The notes under the pieces are model-generated. The model was not told the origin of the DNA and did no database searches. It worked only from the letters and a program-made list of their open reading frames with translations. The position numbers were made by a program, and so were the translations under genes. Below are positions 47,843 through 56,401 of a DNA stretch of 64,000 nucleotides, piece by piece. Each line of letters starts with the position of its first letter. Position 1 is the first letter of the stretch. The stretch is taken from positions 30,812 through 94,811 of the forward strand of contig JBGQKI010000007.1 in the NCBI GenBank assembly GCA_041499475.1. Direction: 5' to 3'. The DNA comes from Thermoplasmata archaeon. Lineage in GTDB: Archaea > Thermoplasmatota > DTKX01 > DATEUP01.

Positions 47843-47886
47843 CGAAGAAAAAGGGAAAATCGGCGCGGCGGTTTCCCGCCGCGCCG
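47843..47886 (-). terminator. Terminator candidate: perfect 11-bp GC hairpin (CGGCGCGGCGG-TTTC-CCGCCGCGCCG) followed on the minus strand by ATTTTCCCTTTTTCTTCG
   Basis: Read directly from the sequence. It lies between the convergent gatE and zinc-ribbon genes, and the T-rich run is on the minus strand. Confidence 0.45.
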
Positions 47887-47950
47887 GAAGCGAAACAAAG
47901 GTTGGATCGGTCCCAAGCTTTCGCCGGAGCCCGTTTCCACCTGAAGGTCT

Positions 47951-48091
47951 TCATCCGCCAATGCGGTAGAGCGTCGTGCCGCACTTGGGGCACTCGCCCT
48001 TCGTGGCCGGCTTGCCGTTCTTCATCTTGACCTTCTTCGGGTTCTTCATTTCGCGCTTGGTCTTGCACTTGACGCAGTATGCTGTTACCAA
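47951..48091 (-). CDS. Small zinc-ribbon protein (46 aa, DUF5679-like), not in the ORF track
   Basis: Hand translation gives MVTAYCVKCKTKREMKNPKKVKMKNGKPATKGECPKCGTTLYRIGG. The TTG start directly follows an in-frame TAG. It has two CxxC pairs. A TTTATC A/T patch lies ~35 nt upstream. Confidence 0.6.
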   Translation of the reverse strand: MVTAYCVKCKTKREMKNPKKVKMKNGKPATKGECPKCGTTLYRIGG

Positions 48092-48137
48092 CTATCCACC
48101 TCACGCGCAAAGCGAGCGTGAGCGAGATAAAGGCTTC

Positions 48138-48311
48138 GAGCGTGATTTGAGCGTGAATTTCCACGCGAAATTCGGGCTGTTTTGAGCGCAAAAAGGAGCC
48201 CGAAAACGGGCCTCAATCTCCTCGATGTTTCCACGGTTGGAAATGAGCCCCCTCGGAAGCACGCTGGCTCACGCTCCCAAACGCACCCGTTTTCACGCTC
48301 AAATCACGCTC
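48138..48311. repeat. Perfect 20-bp inverted repeat (GAGCGTGATTTGAGCGTGAA at 48138-48157 and its reverse complement at 48292-48311) inside an array of GAGCGTGA/TCACGCTC copies
   Basis: Read directly. Exact forward copies of the 8-mer are at 48114, 48138, 48149 and 48344. Exact reverse copies are at 48269, 48293 and 48304. Degenerate copies are also present. Confidence 0.8.
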
Positions 48312-48455
48312 AAAACGACCCCCAGCGAATGACCCCCTCGCCTGAGCGTGATTCGCGCTCAAGAGAGGGTCTTTTCGGCCCCTTTCGCCCCCCCGGCAGC
48401 CCCGAGGGTGACGTGAGGCCCCCGAGCGTACCAAAGCGCGCGCCCGCGCTCGATT

Positions 48456-49757
48456 CTACGGGTACACGCGGCGCATCATCCGCGGGTAGGGCAAGCTCCA
48501 CTTGATGTGGTCGAGCCCGAGGAAATACATCACGAGGCGGTCGACGCCGAGGCCAAATCCCGAGTGCGGCACGCTGCCGTAGCGCCGCAGGTCGACGTAC
48601 CAACGGTAGTCGTCCTCGCTGAGGTTGTACTCCTTCAGCCGCTGCAAGAGCACCTCGAGTTCCCATACGCGCTCGCCGCCGCCGATCACCTCGCCGTACC
48701 CCTCGGGCGCCAGGAGGTCGTGGTTGAGCACGACCTTCGGATCCTTCGGGTCGGGCCGGTGGTAGAACGCCTTGACTTCCTTCGGGAAGTGTGTCACGAA
48801 AAAGGGCTTCTCGAAGCCTTCTGTCAGGACTTTCTCCTCTTCGTAGCCGAAGTCGTCGCCCCACTTGAGGTGCAGGCCCTTCTTGTTTGCAAGGTCGATC
48901 GCCTCGGCGTACTTCAGGCGCGGGAACGGCGGCTCGACGGCTTTGAGCTTCGCGGGGTCGCGCCTGAGCAGCTCGAGCTCGGGCCCGTGGCGCTCCACCA
49001 CCCGCTTGGCAAGGAAGGCCATCATCTTCTCTTCCTCGGCCATCATTTCCTCGTTCGAAGCCCAGGCGGCCTCCGCCTCGAAGTGCCAGTACTCCGTGAG
49101 GTGCCGCCGAGTCCGCGACTTCTCGGCGCGGAACGAGGGCTGCAGGGTGTAGACGCGCCCCAGCGAGAAGATCATCGTCTCGAGGTAGAGCTGCGACGAC
49201 TGCGTGAGGTAGACTTCCTCGTCGAAGTAAGGCACCTTGAAGAGCGTCGATCCCCCTTCGGTTTGACCGCTCACAAAGGTCGGGCAGTGGACCTCCGTGT
49301 ACCCGGCGCCGTCATAGAACTCGCGAAGCCCATCGAGCAGGCTCGCACGCACCTTCATCGTGGCGGCCATCTCGCGCGAGCGCAGCCACAGGTGGCGCAC
49401 ATCGAGCAGGGTCTCGTCAGTCTCCTTGCCGGTGATCGGGAAATTCTCCGAGAAGGAGACGACGCCGAAGGCGCTCGCCCGCACCTCTTTGCCGCCCGGC
49501 GCCCGCGGGTCGTCGTGGACAATGCCCTCGACTTCGACCGAGGACTCGGTGAGCGCCTTCTGGGCGTCGGCAAATTGGTCTTCGGGTACGTTCCCCTTCT
49601 TGACGGTGACCTGGATGAGCCCGGTTCCGTCGCGCAGCACCGAAAACACGATGCCCCCCGAGGAACGCGTGCGGTGGAGCCACCCGCGCAGGCGCACTGT
49701 CGTTCCTGCTGCGCCGCCGAGCGCGTGCTGCACGGTTTGGTACCCTGGTCCTGCCAC
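48456..49757 (-). CDS. asnS: Class IIb Asx-tRNA synthetase, most similar to asparaginyl-tRNA synthetase
   Basis: An OB-fold N-domain is present (VRLRGWLHRTRSSGGIVFSVLRDGTG). Motif 2 is FRAEKSRTRRHLTEYWHFEAE, with THFPKEVKAFY and YGSVPHSGFGLGVDRLVMYFLG. The KAFY and E(Y/F)W features favour AsnRS over AspRS. Confidence 0.8.
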   Translation of the reverse strand: MAGPGYQTVQHALGGAAGTTVRLRGWLHRTRSSGGIVFSVLRDGTGLIQVTVKKGNVPEDQFADAQKALTESSVEVEGIVHDDPRAPGGKEVRASAFGVVSFSENFPITGKETDETLLDVRHLWLRSREMAATMKVRASLLDGLREFYDGAGYTEVHCPTFVSGQTEGGSTLFKVPYFDEEVYLTQSSQLYLETMIFSLGRVYTLQPSFRAEKSRTRRHLTEYWHFEAEAAWASNEEMMAEEEKMMAFLAKRVVERHGPELELLRRDPAKLKAVEPPFPRLKYAEAIDLANKKGLHLKWGDDFGYEEEKVLTEGFEKPFFVTHFPKEVKAFYHRPDPKDPKVVLNHDLLAPEGYGEVIGGGERVWELEVLLQRLKEYNLSEDDYRWYVDLRRYGSVPHSGFGLGVDRLVMYFLGLDHIKWSLPYPRMMRRVYP

Positions 49758-49856
49758 CGCACGCGCTCCTTTCGGATGAGCGGCAGTGGCCGAGCCGTAG
49801 TTAACGGTTTGGCGAAAGGAAAGGGCGGGGGGCTTTCGCCCCCCGGAAAAGGGAAG

Positions 49857-51242
49857 CTAGTTGCGCCGGCGCCTTCCGGCCACGATGAGCGCCGCGGCGG
49901 TTGCCACGCCCGCAAGTACCACCGGCGCCTCGAAGCCCGGGAGCCCGCGTTTGGGCTGCGCCGTGGGCGGCGCGGTCGGCTCGCTGTAGTAGGCGTCGTA
50001 GGTCGGGTCGTGCACGATCCGGTAGCCCTGGAAGTGCGGGAACGACACGGCGTACCAGAAGTCGTGACCCGTGAAGTTGTCTTCGCCCCGCGTGCGCAAG
50101 TCCTGCGGGCTCGAGTAGCTCGCCCGGATGTTCGAGGACATCGCGAAGGCAAACACCGAGAAGATGTCGGCCGAGAGGCCGTGCTGCCACCGGACGAGCG
50201 CCCGGTCCGGCGCGCGCGCCCTCACGACCGCGGTCTTGGCCGTGTTATTCGACGAGAGCAGTGTGGGGGCCCCCGTGTCCTGCTCATCATAGAGGTCGAA
50301 GGTGCCGCGGAATCCGATCCTTGCGAACCGGTCGGTCCCGCCGATGCGCAGCGAGAGGTTCTGCACGGGGCCGTCGAAGTTCGCGCCCACCGTGGTGCTC
50401 GCCTGGTCTTGGACCGTGTAGTCCGATGTGAAGACCACGCCGTAGTGCACCGCCGCGATGCCGAAATTCGAGGACAGGTTGTGCGGGTTCTCCTCGTGGC
50501 CCCAGACCCACAGCTGTTGGATCTCGCCGATGGTGTAGAACGTCTCCGCCGAGGCGGTGTGGTTCGCGCTGTCGACCTTGATGTCGTAGGTCACGGTGAG
50601 CTCCGAGAAGCGCATGATGTAGATCGGCAGTAGCGCCGACAGCCAGAACTCCGCGCTCGAGTTCGCCGCGATGATCTTCGCGTAGAGGTTCTTGTACGAG
50701 ATGCCGAACTGGTAGTGGCCGTCCGCGATCTTGTGCGCGGCGATCGGCTCGACCACCGGCGGGTAGGACGAGTTCACGTAGTCGTGCGCGACCCCGAACG
50801 GCAAGACGTAATACGTGTCCTCCAACCCCGGGTTCGGAAGCCCCTCGCCGGAGCCTGCCGTGTAGGTGTCGTTGAACGCCATCAAGAAGGCGAACACCCC
50901 GCCCAGGAACACTTCCTTCCCGGAGGGCGAGTAGTAGTGCATCCCGAAGAGCTGGTAGGGCAGCGTCGACTTGTTGCCGTCCTTTTCCCAGCTTTCGAAG
51001 GCGATGAGGAAGGCTTCCACAGGCCCTGCGTCCACATAGGACGCGGAAAACTTCACGGTCGCGTTGTCGGGCGTCGTGTTGGTGATCTCCGACGTCCAGT
51101 ATTCTTCCGTGAAGGCGTGTCCCGTCCAGGCTTTCTCGTCCCCCGCGTTCCAGGTCGACGGTGAAGCCACCGACGGAGTTGCGACCACTGCGGCCGCGGC
51201 CATCGCAAGCAGTGCGGTTACGATTCCCTTTCGTGCAAGCAT
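49857..51242 (-). CDS. Secreted hypothetical glycoprotein with a PGF-CTERM anchor
   Basis: The start was set at ATG 51242 (MLARKGIVTALLAMAAAAVVATPSVA signal), with CTTATATCG ~35 nt upstream. Many N-x-S/T sequons are present. The C-terminus is GLPGFEAPVVLAGVATAAALIVAGRRRRN. Confidence 0.65.
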   Translation of the reverse strand: MLARKGIVTALLAMAAAAVVATPSVASPSTWNAGDEKAWTGHAFTEEYWTSEITNTTPDNATVKFSASYVDAGPVEAFLIAFESWEKDGNKSTLPYQLFGMHYYSPSGKEVFLGGVFAFLMAFNDTYTAGSGEGLPNPGLEDTYYVLPFGVAHDYVNSSYPPVVEPIAAHKIADGHYQFGISYKNLYAKIIAANSSAEFWLSALLPIYIMRFSELTVTYDIKVDSANHTASAETFYTIGEIQQLWVWGHEENPHNLSSNFGIAAVHYGVVFTSDYTVQDQASTTVGANFDGPVQNLSLRIGGTDRFARIGFRGTFDLYDEQDTGAPTLLSSNNTAKTAVVRARAPDRALVRWQHGLSADIFSVFAFAMSSNIRASYSSPQDLRTRGEDNFTGHDFWYAVSFPHFQGYRIVHDPTYDAYYSEPTAPPTAQPKRGLPGFEAPVVLAGVATAAALIVAGRRRRN

Positions 51243-51364
51243 GTTGCCCACTTGGGCCCGAGTTCGCGAAACTCGATATAAGAAAGTTGGCCGGAGTTCC
51301 ATGTAGTGTGGGAACAAGCGGCCGCACGGCCGTGTGTTTCACCCTTGAGAATCGCGCGGCCCCG

Positions 51365-52915
51365 TCAAGCGGGCGCGCTTTCATTTGCCGGAGGTGGCCC
51401 CAACAGGATCTTGCCCGCGTAAATGTCGGTCGATGAGCCGTTGTCCGCATTTCGCGTGTCGCACCACACGCCGATCGAGAACCAGTCGGTGGAAGCGATT
51501 CCGAGGTAATCGCCGATGAAGCCGGTGGTGGAGGTGCCCTTGCTCTTGTCGCCGTCGACCATGGTGTCGGTGAGGTTGAACTGGAGGTCGAAATTGACCC
51601 CGCCGTCGATCGAAATCGCGGTGTAAACGCTCATCAACGTGTTGTTCGGGTCGGCGCGCCGGTCGTAGAATTCGCCGACGACCCACCCGTTGCCCGCCAC
51701 GGAGACGGCCGGGAAGAACTGCGAGGTGCCGTCGCCGACGGCATCGTTGTTCACGCGCGTGATGTTCGACCAGGTCTGCCCGTGGTCGCGCGAGTAGACC
51801 TCGAAGATGTCGGCGTCACCGTTGGCCTCGTCGGGCCACCAGATGTAGATCGACCCTGCGTACGTGCCGTTCGTCCGGTCGACCGCCATGTCGGGCATGG
51901 TGGGCGTGCGGTAGGTTGTGTTGGGCTGCGGCGAGGTGATCGGAGTGGCCGGCGCGATCGACTTGGCTGCAGACCATGAGGCCCCGTGGTCGGTCGACTG
52001 CGAGTAGCGCAACGAATTGGGCGTACCGTAGTCGATCCACGCCACATGGACGGTGCCGTTGTTGTCGACCTCGACCTGGCTTCCCTGGACCTGGAGCTCG
52101 AGCGTGCGCGTGTCGGAGATCACCTTGGGCAGCGACCACGATGCGCCGCCATCGGTCGAATGCACCGTGAGGATCTGGGAGACCGCAAAGAGGTTGAATA
52201 GCGTCCAGGTCACGTAGACCTCCCCCGTGCTCGGGTCGACGGCGACCCACTCCTTGTCGTGGAAGGACACCTTCGAGATCGCCCGGACGATGACAGAGAT
52301 CTGCGAAAAGGTCTCGCCGCCGTCCGTGGACTTCGCCACGAACATCGAGCTTTGCTGTGCGAAGGCCGGTTGGCGCTTGGCCGCAATGCCCGCGAGGTAG
52401 AAATTCCCCTCCTTGTCGGTCGCGAGCACGGGGTCGCCCGCGAGGTCAAACCCACAGAGCCCCTGGCCGGGAAGCTGGCCGTTGGCGCAGGGCGCGGCGA
52501 CCGGCAACGACGAAGCGCGGTACCCCGGCAGCAGGGTGCGGTTCCAGGTCTTTCCTCCGTCATGGGTGGTGTAGTACCCGACCCACGCGTCGCCGTTCGG
52601 CGTCCCGTAGTCGTTTGCAGCCGCCACGATGTTCTTGTCGTTCTTGGGATTGACCGCGATCGACACCTCGTTTGCCGGCCGCGGGCCCCCGCCCGCGAGC
52701 CGGTTGCAGGTCGGTTCGCAGTCGATGTTCGGGTAGCGCGGGGGCCCGGGCGGCCCCGCCGACTCGCCGGGCCCGAGCGTCACGAACCCGAAGAAGATGA
52801 CCGCAAGTACCGCGACAATCGCCACGAGCGCGAGCGGTTTTTGCAGGAGGAGGCCGGGCTTTCCAGGCATGGCCATCCCGCGTGTAAGGACTGGAAGGAG
52901 GCCGCGGCGCACCAT
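51365..52915 (-). CDS. Membrane-anchored BNR/Asp-box beta-propeller protein (sialidase-like fold)
   Basis: An N-terminal TM is present (LALVAIVAVLAVIFFGFV). Six Asp-box repeats are visible: THDGGKTW, STDGGETF, STDGGASW, STDHGASW, SRDHGQTW and SIDGGVNF. Confidence 0.8.
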   Translation of the reverse strand: MVRRGLLPVLTRGMAMPGKPGLLLQKPLALVAIVAVLAVIFFGFVTLGPGESAGPPGPPRYPNIDCEPTCNRLAGGGPRPANEVSIAVNPKNDKNIVAAANDYGTPNGDAWVGYYTTHDGGKTWNRTLLPGYRASSLPVAAPCANGQLPGQGLCGFDLAGDPVLATDKEGNFYLAGIAAKRQPAFAQQSSMFVAKSTDGGETFSQISVIVRAISKVSFHDKEWVAVDPSTGEVYVTWTLFNLFAVSQILTVHSTDGGASWSLPKVISDTRTLELQVQGSQVEVDNNGTVHVAWIDYGTPNSLRYSQSTDHGASWSAAKSIAPATPITSPQPNTTYRTPTMPDMAVDRTNGTYAGSIYIWWPDEANGDADIFEVYSRDHGQTWSNITRVNNDAVGDGTSQFFPAVSVAGNGWVVGEFYDRRADPNNTLMSVYTAISIDGGVNFDLQFNLTDTMVDGDKSKGTSTTGFIGDYLGIASTDWFSIGVWCDTRNADNGSSTDIYAGKILLGPPPANESAPA

Positions 52916-52940
52916 GGCGCGCCCACCGGAACGCCCCCCG

Positions 52941-53360
52941 TTAAGGGTTTCGATTTCCGCCGGGAGGGCGTCCCTGCCCCGAGGCCGCAGCCTGCTTGAG
53001 GACGCGGAGCGCCACCTGCGCGCACTTCTTGCGGTTATTGTTGAGCTCGACGCCGAGGAGCGCGTAAACCTGCGAATCGGTGATCGCCTGCAGGGAATCG
53101 CGGGGGGTGCCGTTCAGGGTCTCAAAGAGCAAGGATGCAGCCGCCTGGCTCACGCTGCAACCCACGCCGTCAAAGCCCACGGCCGCGACACGGCCTTGCG
53201 GGTCGAACCGGAGCGAGACCTCGACCCAGTCCCCGCAGAGCGGGTTCAGGTCGCGCGCCCGCACGTCGCAGGGCTCGAGCAAGCCCTTCCCCCGCGGGTT
53301 TCGAACATGGTCGAGCAGGCGCTCGTGCGCTTCATCTTCGCCGCTCGAGTGACCGGCCAT
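52941..53360 (-). CDS. IscU/SufU-like Fe-S cluster assembly scaffold (NifU N-terminal family)
   Basis: LLDHVRNPRGKG...NPLCGDWVEV...FDGVGCSVSQAAASLL...KKCAQVAL. The three conserved Cys are present. Confidence 0.85.
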   Translation of the reverse strand: MAGHSSGEDEAHERLLDHVRNPRGKGLLEPCDVRARDLNPLCGDWVEVSLRFDPQGRVAAVGFDGVGCSVSQAAASLLFETLNGTPRDSLQAITDSQVYALLGVELNNNRKKCAQVALRVLKQAAASGQGRPPGGNRNP

Positions 53361-53608
53361 CGTCGGGTTCGAGCCCTTGGCCGTATTTCAGCGTTCGTGG
53401 GCGCGCGCCACCTCGGATGTTTTAAGCGGCCCAAGCCGCTCAGCGCTCCCGGGTTTGGGCCACGGCGTCGGAACTTGCCTTCGTCGGCCGCGAGAGCGAG
53501 GTCACGCGCCTAACACTTGCCGGAAAGCGCGCGGCGGGGGGCGAGGGCCTTTCCATCCTGCTCGCCGGCGAGGCGGGGATCGGCAAGAGCCGCCTTGCCG
53601 AGGAGGCC

Positions 53609-56401
53609 ATGCGCCGCCTCCAGTCCGCCGGTTTCCTCACGATGCGCGGCCGCTGTCTGCCCGACGCGCCCGCGCCCTACCTGCCCATCTTCGAGGCGCT
53701 GAAGGGCGCGGGCCTGCCGCACTTGCTCGCGCTCGAGCGGCCGCCCCGGCTCGACTACCTTTACCTCGCGAGCCCCGGCGGGCTCGAGATGGCCTCCGCC
53801 GGGCGCGCGGCATCTCCCCTCGACCGCGACCTCTTCCTCTCCATGCTTACCGCTATCGAGAGCTTTGTCACCGACACGCTGGGCAGCCTCGGGGGCGGCG
53901 CGCGGCGCTTGAACGCCATCGGGTACGGAGAGTGGCGCATCCTCATCGTGCCCCGCTCGTTTGGCAACCTCGTCGCGGTGATCCGCGGTACCGAGTCGCA
54001 GGCGCTCGTGGAGGCCCTCGAAGCCGCGCTCGATGCGATCGCTGCCTCGCACGGGCCCGAACTCGACGCCTGGGACGGCGACCGGGGCTTTGCCGCGTCG
54101 TTTGCCGGCCCGCTTCGCGACCTCGTCGCACCCGGACGGTTTGAGGGCGAGGAAGAGACCGTCGACCCGCAGGACCGCAAGTTCCGCGTCCTCGAAGGCC
54201 TGTCACGCGGCCTCCTCAAAGAATCGGCCAAGCGCCCCATCGCGCTGTACCTCGACGACTTGCACCTCGCCGACTCGGCCACGCTCTCGGCCTTCCAATA
54301 CATCGCCCGCGCAAACCGGCGGTCGCCGCTCCTCCTCGTGGCTACCTACCGCAGCGAGGAGCTGCTCGGGCGCGCGGGCGCGGCGAACCCCCTTTCGTCC
54401 CTGCGGGTCACCCTCCTTGCCGAAGGGCTCCTCGAGGAAATCGCCGTCGGTCCGCTCGACGAATCCGCGCTGGCCGAGCTCGCGCGCGAGCAGCTGGGGG
54501 TGCACGACCTCGACCCCGAGCTCGTGGGCGCTCTCTACCGCGAGACGCGCGGCCAACCGTTCTTCGCCCTCGAAGTGCTGCGCTACCTGAAAGAGGAGGG
54601 GCGCCTCGAGCGGATCGGCAGCACCGTCCACGTCAAGGGCGACCTTGCCGCCGGCGCGCTGCCGCGCCACCTGCGGGACGCGGTGCGCCAGCGGATCACA
54701 CGCCTCCCGCGGGAGGAGCGCGACCTCCTCGAGTGTGCGGCCGTCGACGGCGAAGTGTTTTCTCCCGCCCGCGTGGCCTTCGCCCTCGAACTCAAGAAGC
54801 TCCAAGTGCTGCGGCGCCTGCGCAACCTCGAAGAGGACTTCCACCTCGTGCGCCTCCACGGCGAGGACGCGTCCTTCGACCACGGGAAGGTGCGCGAGGT
54901 CATCTACGAGGGCATCCACCCCGACCTGCGCCGCGAATACCACGCGGCGCTTGGCGAGTGCGCGCTCTCCGACATGGAAGGGGGCGCCCGCGACCTTATC
55001 GAAACCGTGGCCTCCCACTTTTCGAAGGCGCGCGACCCGCGGGCGAAGCCCTTCCTGCTCAAAGCCGCCGCCAAAGCTTCGGCCGCTTCCTCACACCTCG
55101 AGGCTGCCGACTGGTACCAGCAGTACCTCGCGCTTTCAGGGGACGCCTTCGACGAGGCGGTCTACTCGGGCTATGGCAGCGCGCTGCTCTTTGCAGGCAA
55201 GTTCGACCAGGCCGGGCGCGTGTTCGAGGTGCTCGTCAAGCGCGCGGTCTCCTCCCCGAACTACCTCGTGTACCTCCGCGACCTCGCCGAGGCGGTGGGC
55301 CACGCGCACGGGTTCGAGAAGGCCGTCGCCGTCCTCGACAAGGCCAAACCGCACGGCGAAGGCCTGCCGTGGGCACGCTGGGCAGTCCAACGCGCCCGGT
55401 TTGCCGTCCGCGTGGGGCAAGTGGACCGCGCCGAGAAGGACGTGAGCCGAGCGCTGCCGATCCTCCAGCTCGAAGGCGGCTCGCGCTTCGACCGCGCCGA
55501 AGCCAACTCGGTCCTCGCTTTTATCGGCGAGACGATCGGCGACTACGACATGTGCGTGGTTTTCGGCACGAAGGCGATCGAGGAAGCCGGCGACGAGGTG
55601 CCGATGGTCGCGATGTACTACAACAACGTCGGCGTGGGCCACCTGTTCCGCGGCCGGTTCGAACAGGCGGCCCTCGTCCTCACCCACGGCCTTGCCATCG
55701 CCGAGGCCAAGGCCGACTTCTTCCGGGTCGCCCTGATCTCCACAAACCTCGGCCTGCTCGAAATCCGGCGCGGCGACCTTGAAGCTGCCCGCGAGCACCT
55801 GGTGCGGGGCCTCAAGTGGGCCGAGCGGCTCGAGAGCCCGTTTATCACCGGGGTCGCGCTCGATTTCCTCGGCCTTAGCGCCACCGAGGAGGGCCGCGAC
55901 GAGGAGGCGGCAGAGTACTACCGCCGCTCGCTCCCGTTCACCGACGGCGCGGGCGACACCGGCCAGATGGTCTGGTTGCGCATCCACATCGCCATGCTCG
56001 AACTCGAGCGCGGCGACCCCCACCAAGCCGCCACCTGGGCGAGCGACGCCTACGCGCTTGCCGCGAAAAGCGGCGACGCGCCCGAGCAAGCCGTCGCCCG
56101 CGCCCTGATGGCGGGCGCCTCCGGCATCCAGGGGGATGGCGATGCGGCGCTGAAGGGGTTTGCCGATGCCACGCGCGGCCTTGCGCACTCGCCCGCCCAG
56201 TTCGAGCACGCCGAGGTGCTCCGCCTGTGGGGTCAGTACCTCGTCGACTGCGGCCGGCTCGACGAGGCGGGGGAGAAGCTGCGGCAGGCCGGCGCCGTGT
56301 TCGAAGCCATGGGCGCCCGCGGGAGGTCAAAGCTCGCGGCCGACACCCTGCGCGCCATCGGCGCGGAGGCGGCGCTCGACCCTACAGCACCCGCACGATG
56401 A
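53609..56401 (+). CDS. AAA_16/STAND-like ATPase with a C-terminal TPR array; coordinates start at the first canonical ATG, but the conserved N-terminus including Walker A lies upstream (open frame from 53426)
   Basis: Upstream and in frame: ELAFVGRESEVTRL...ILLAGEAGIGKSRLAEEA. Downstream: the Walker B-like IALYLDDLHLAD, a winged-helix-like segment, and then about 400 aa of TPR-like helical repeats. Confidence 0.75.
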   Translation: MRRLQSAGFLTMRGRCLPDAPAPYLPIFEALKGAGLPHLLALERPPRLDYLYLASPGGLEMASAGRAASPLDRDLFLSMLTAIESFVTDTLGSLGGGARRLNAIGYGEWRILIVPRSFGNLVAVIRGTESQALVEALEAALDAIAASHGPELDAWDGDRGFAASFAGPLRDLVAPGRFEGEEETVDPQDRKFRVLEGLSRGLLKESAKRPIALYLDDLHLADSATLSAFQYIARANRRSPLLLVATYRSEELLGRAGAANPLSSLRVTLLAEGLLEEIAVGPLDESALAELAREQLGVHDLDPELVGALYRETRGQPFFALEVLRYLKEEGRLERIGSTVHVKGDLAAGALPRHLRDAVRQRITRLPREERDLLECAAVDGEVFSPARVAFALELKKLQVLRRLRNLEEDFHLVRLHGEDASFDHGKVREVIYEGIHPDLRREYHAALGECALSDMEGGARDLIETVASHFSKARDPRAKPFLLKAAAKASAASSHLEAADWYQQYLALSGDAFDEAVYSGYGSALLFAGKFDQAGRVFEVLVKRAVSSPNYLVYLRDLAEAVGHAHGFEKAVAVLDKAKPHGEGLPWARWAVQRARFAVRVGQVDRAEKDVSRALPILQLEGGSRFDRAEANSVLAFIGETIGDYDMCVVFGTKAIEEAGDEVPMVAMYYNNVGVGHLFRGRFEQAALVLTHGLAIAEAKADFFRVALISTNLGLLEIRRGDLEAAREHLVRGLKWAERLESPFITGVALDFLGLSATEEGRDEEAAEYYRRSLPFTDGAGDTGQMVWLRIHIAMLELERGDPHQAATWASDAYALAAKSGDAPEQAVARALMAGASGIQGDGDAALKGFADATRGLAHSPAQFEHAEVLRLWGQYLVDCGRLDEAGEKLRQAGAVFEAMGARGRSKLAADTLRAIGAEAALDPTAPAR

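Noticed and set aside
48155-48243. Dyads containing TTTCCAC...GGAAA that are reminiscent of archaeal origin recognition boxes
   Set aside because: The resemblance to ORB consensus is from memory and only partial, since the G-string is absent or on the wrong strand. No orc1/cdc6 gene is present in the window. It is kept only as one hypothesis within the repeat-region finding.
48507-50633. 708-aa plus-strand ORF overlapping asnS and the PGF-CTERM protein gene
   Set aside because: It is antisense to a recognisable class II synthetase and spans two unrelated genes and their intergenic terminator. It is a shadow ORF.
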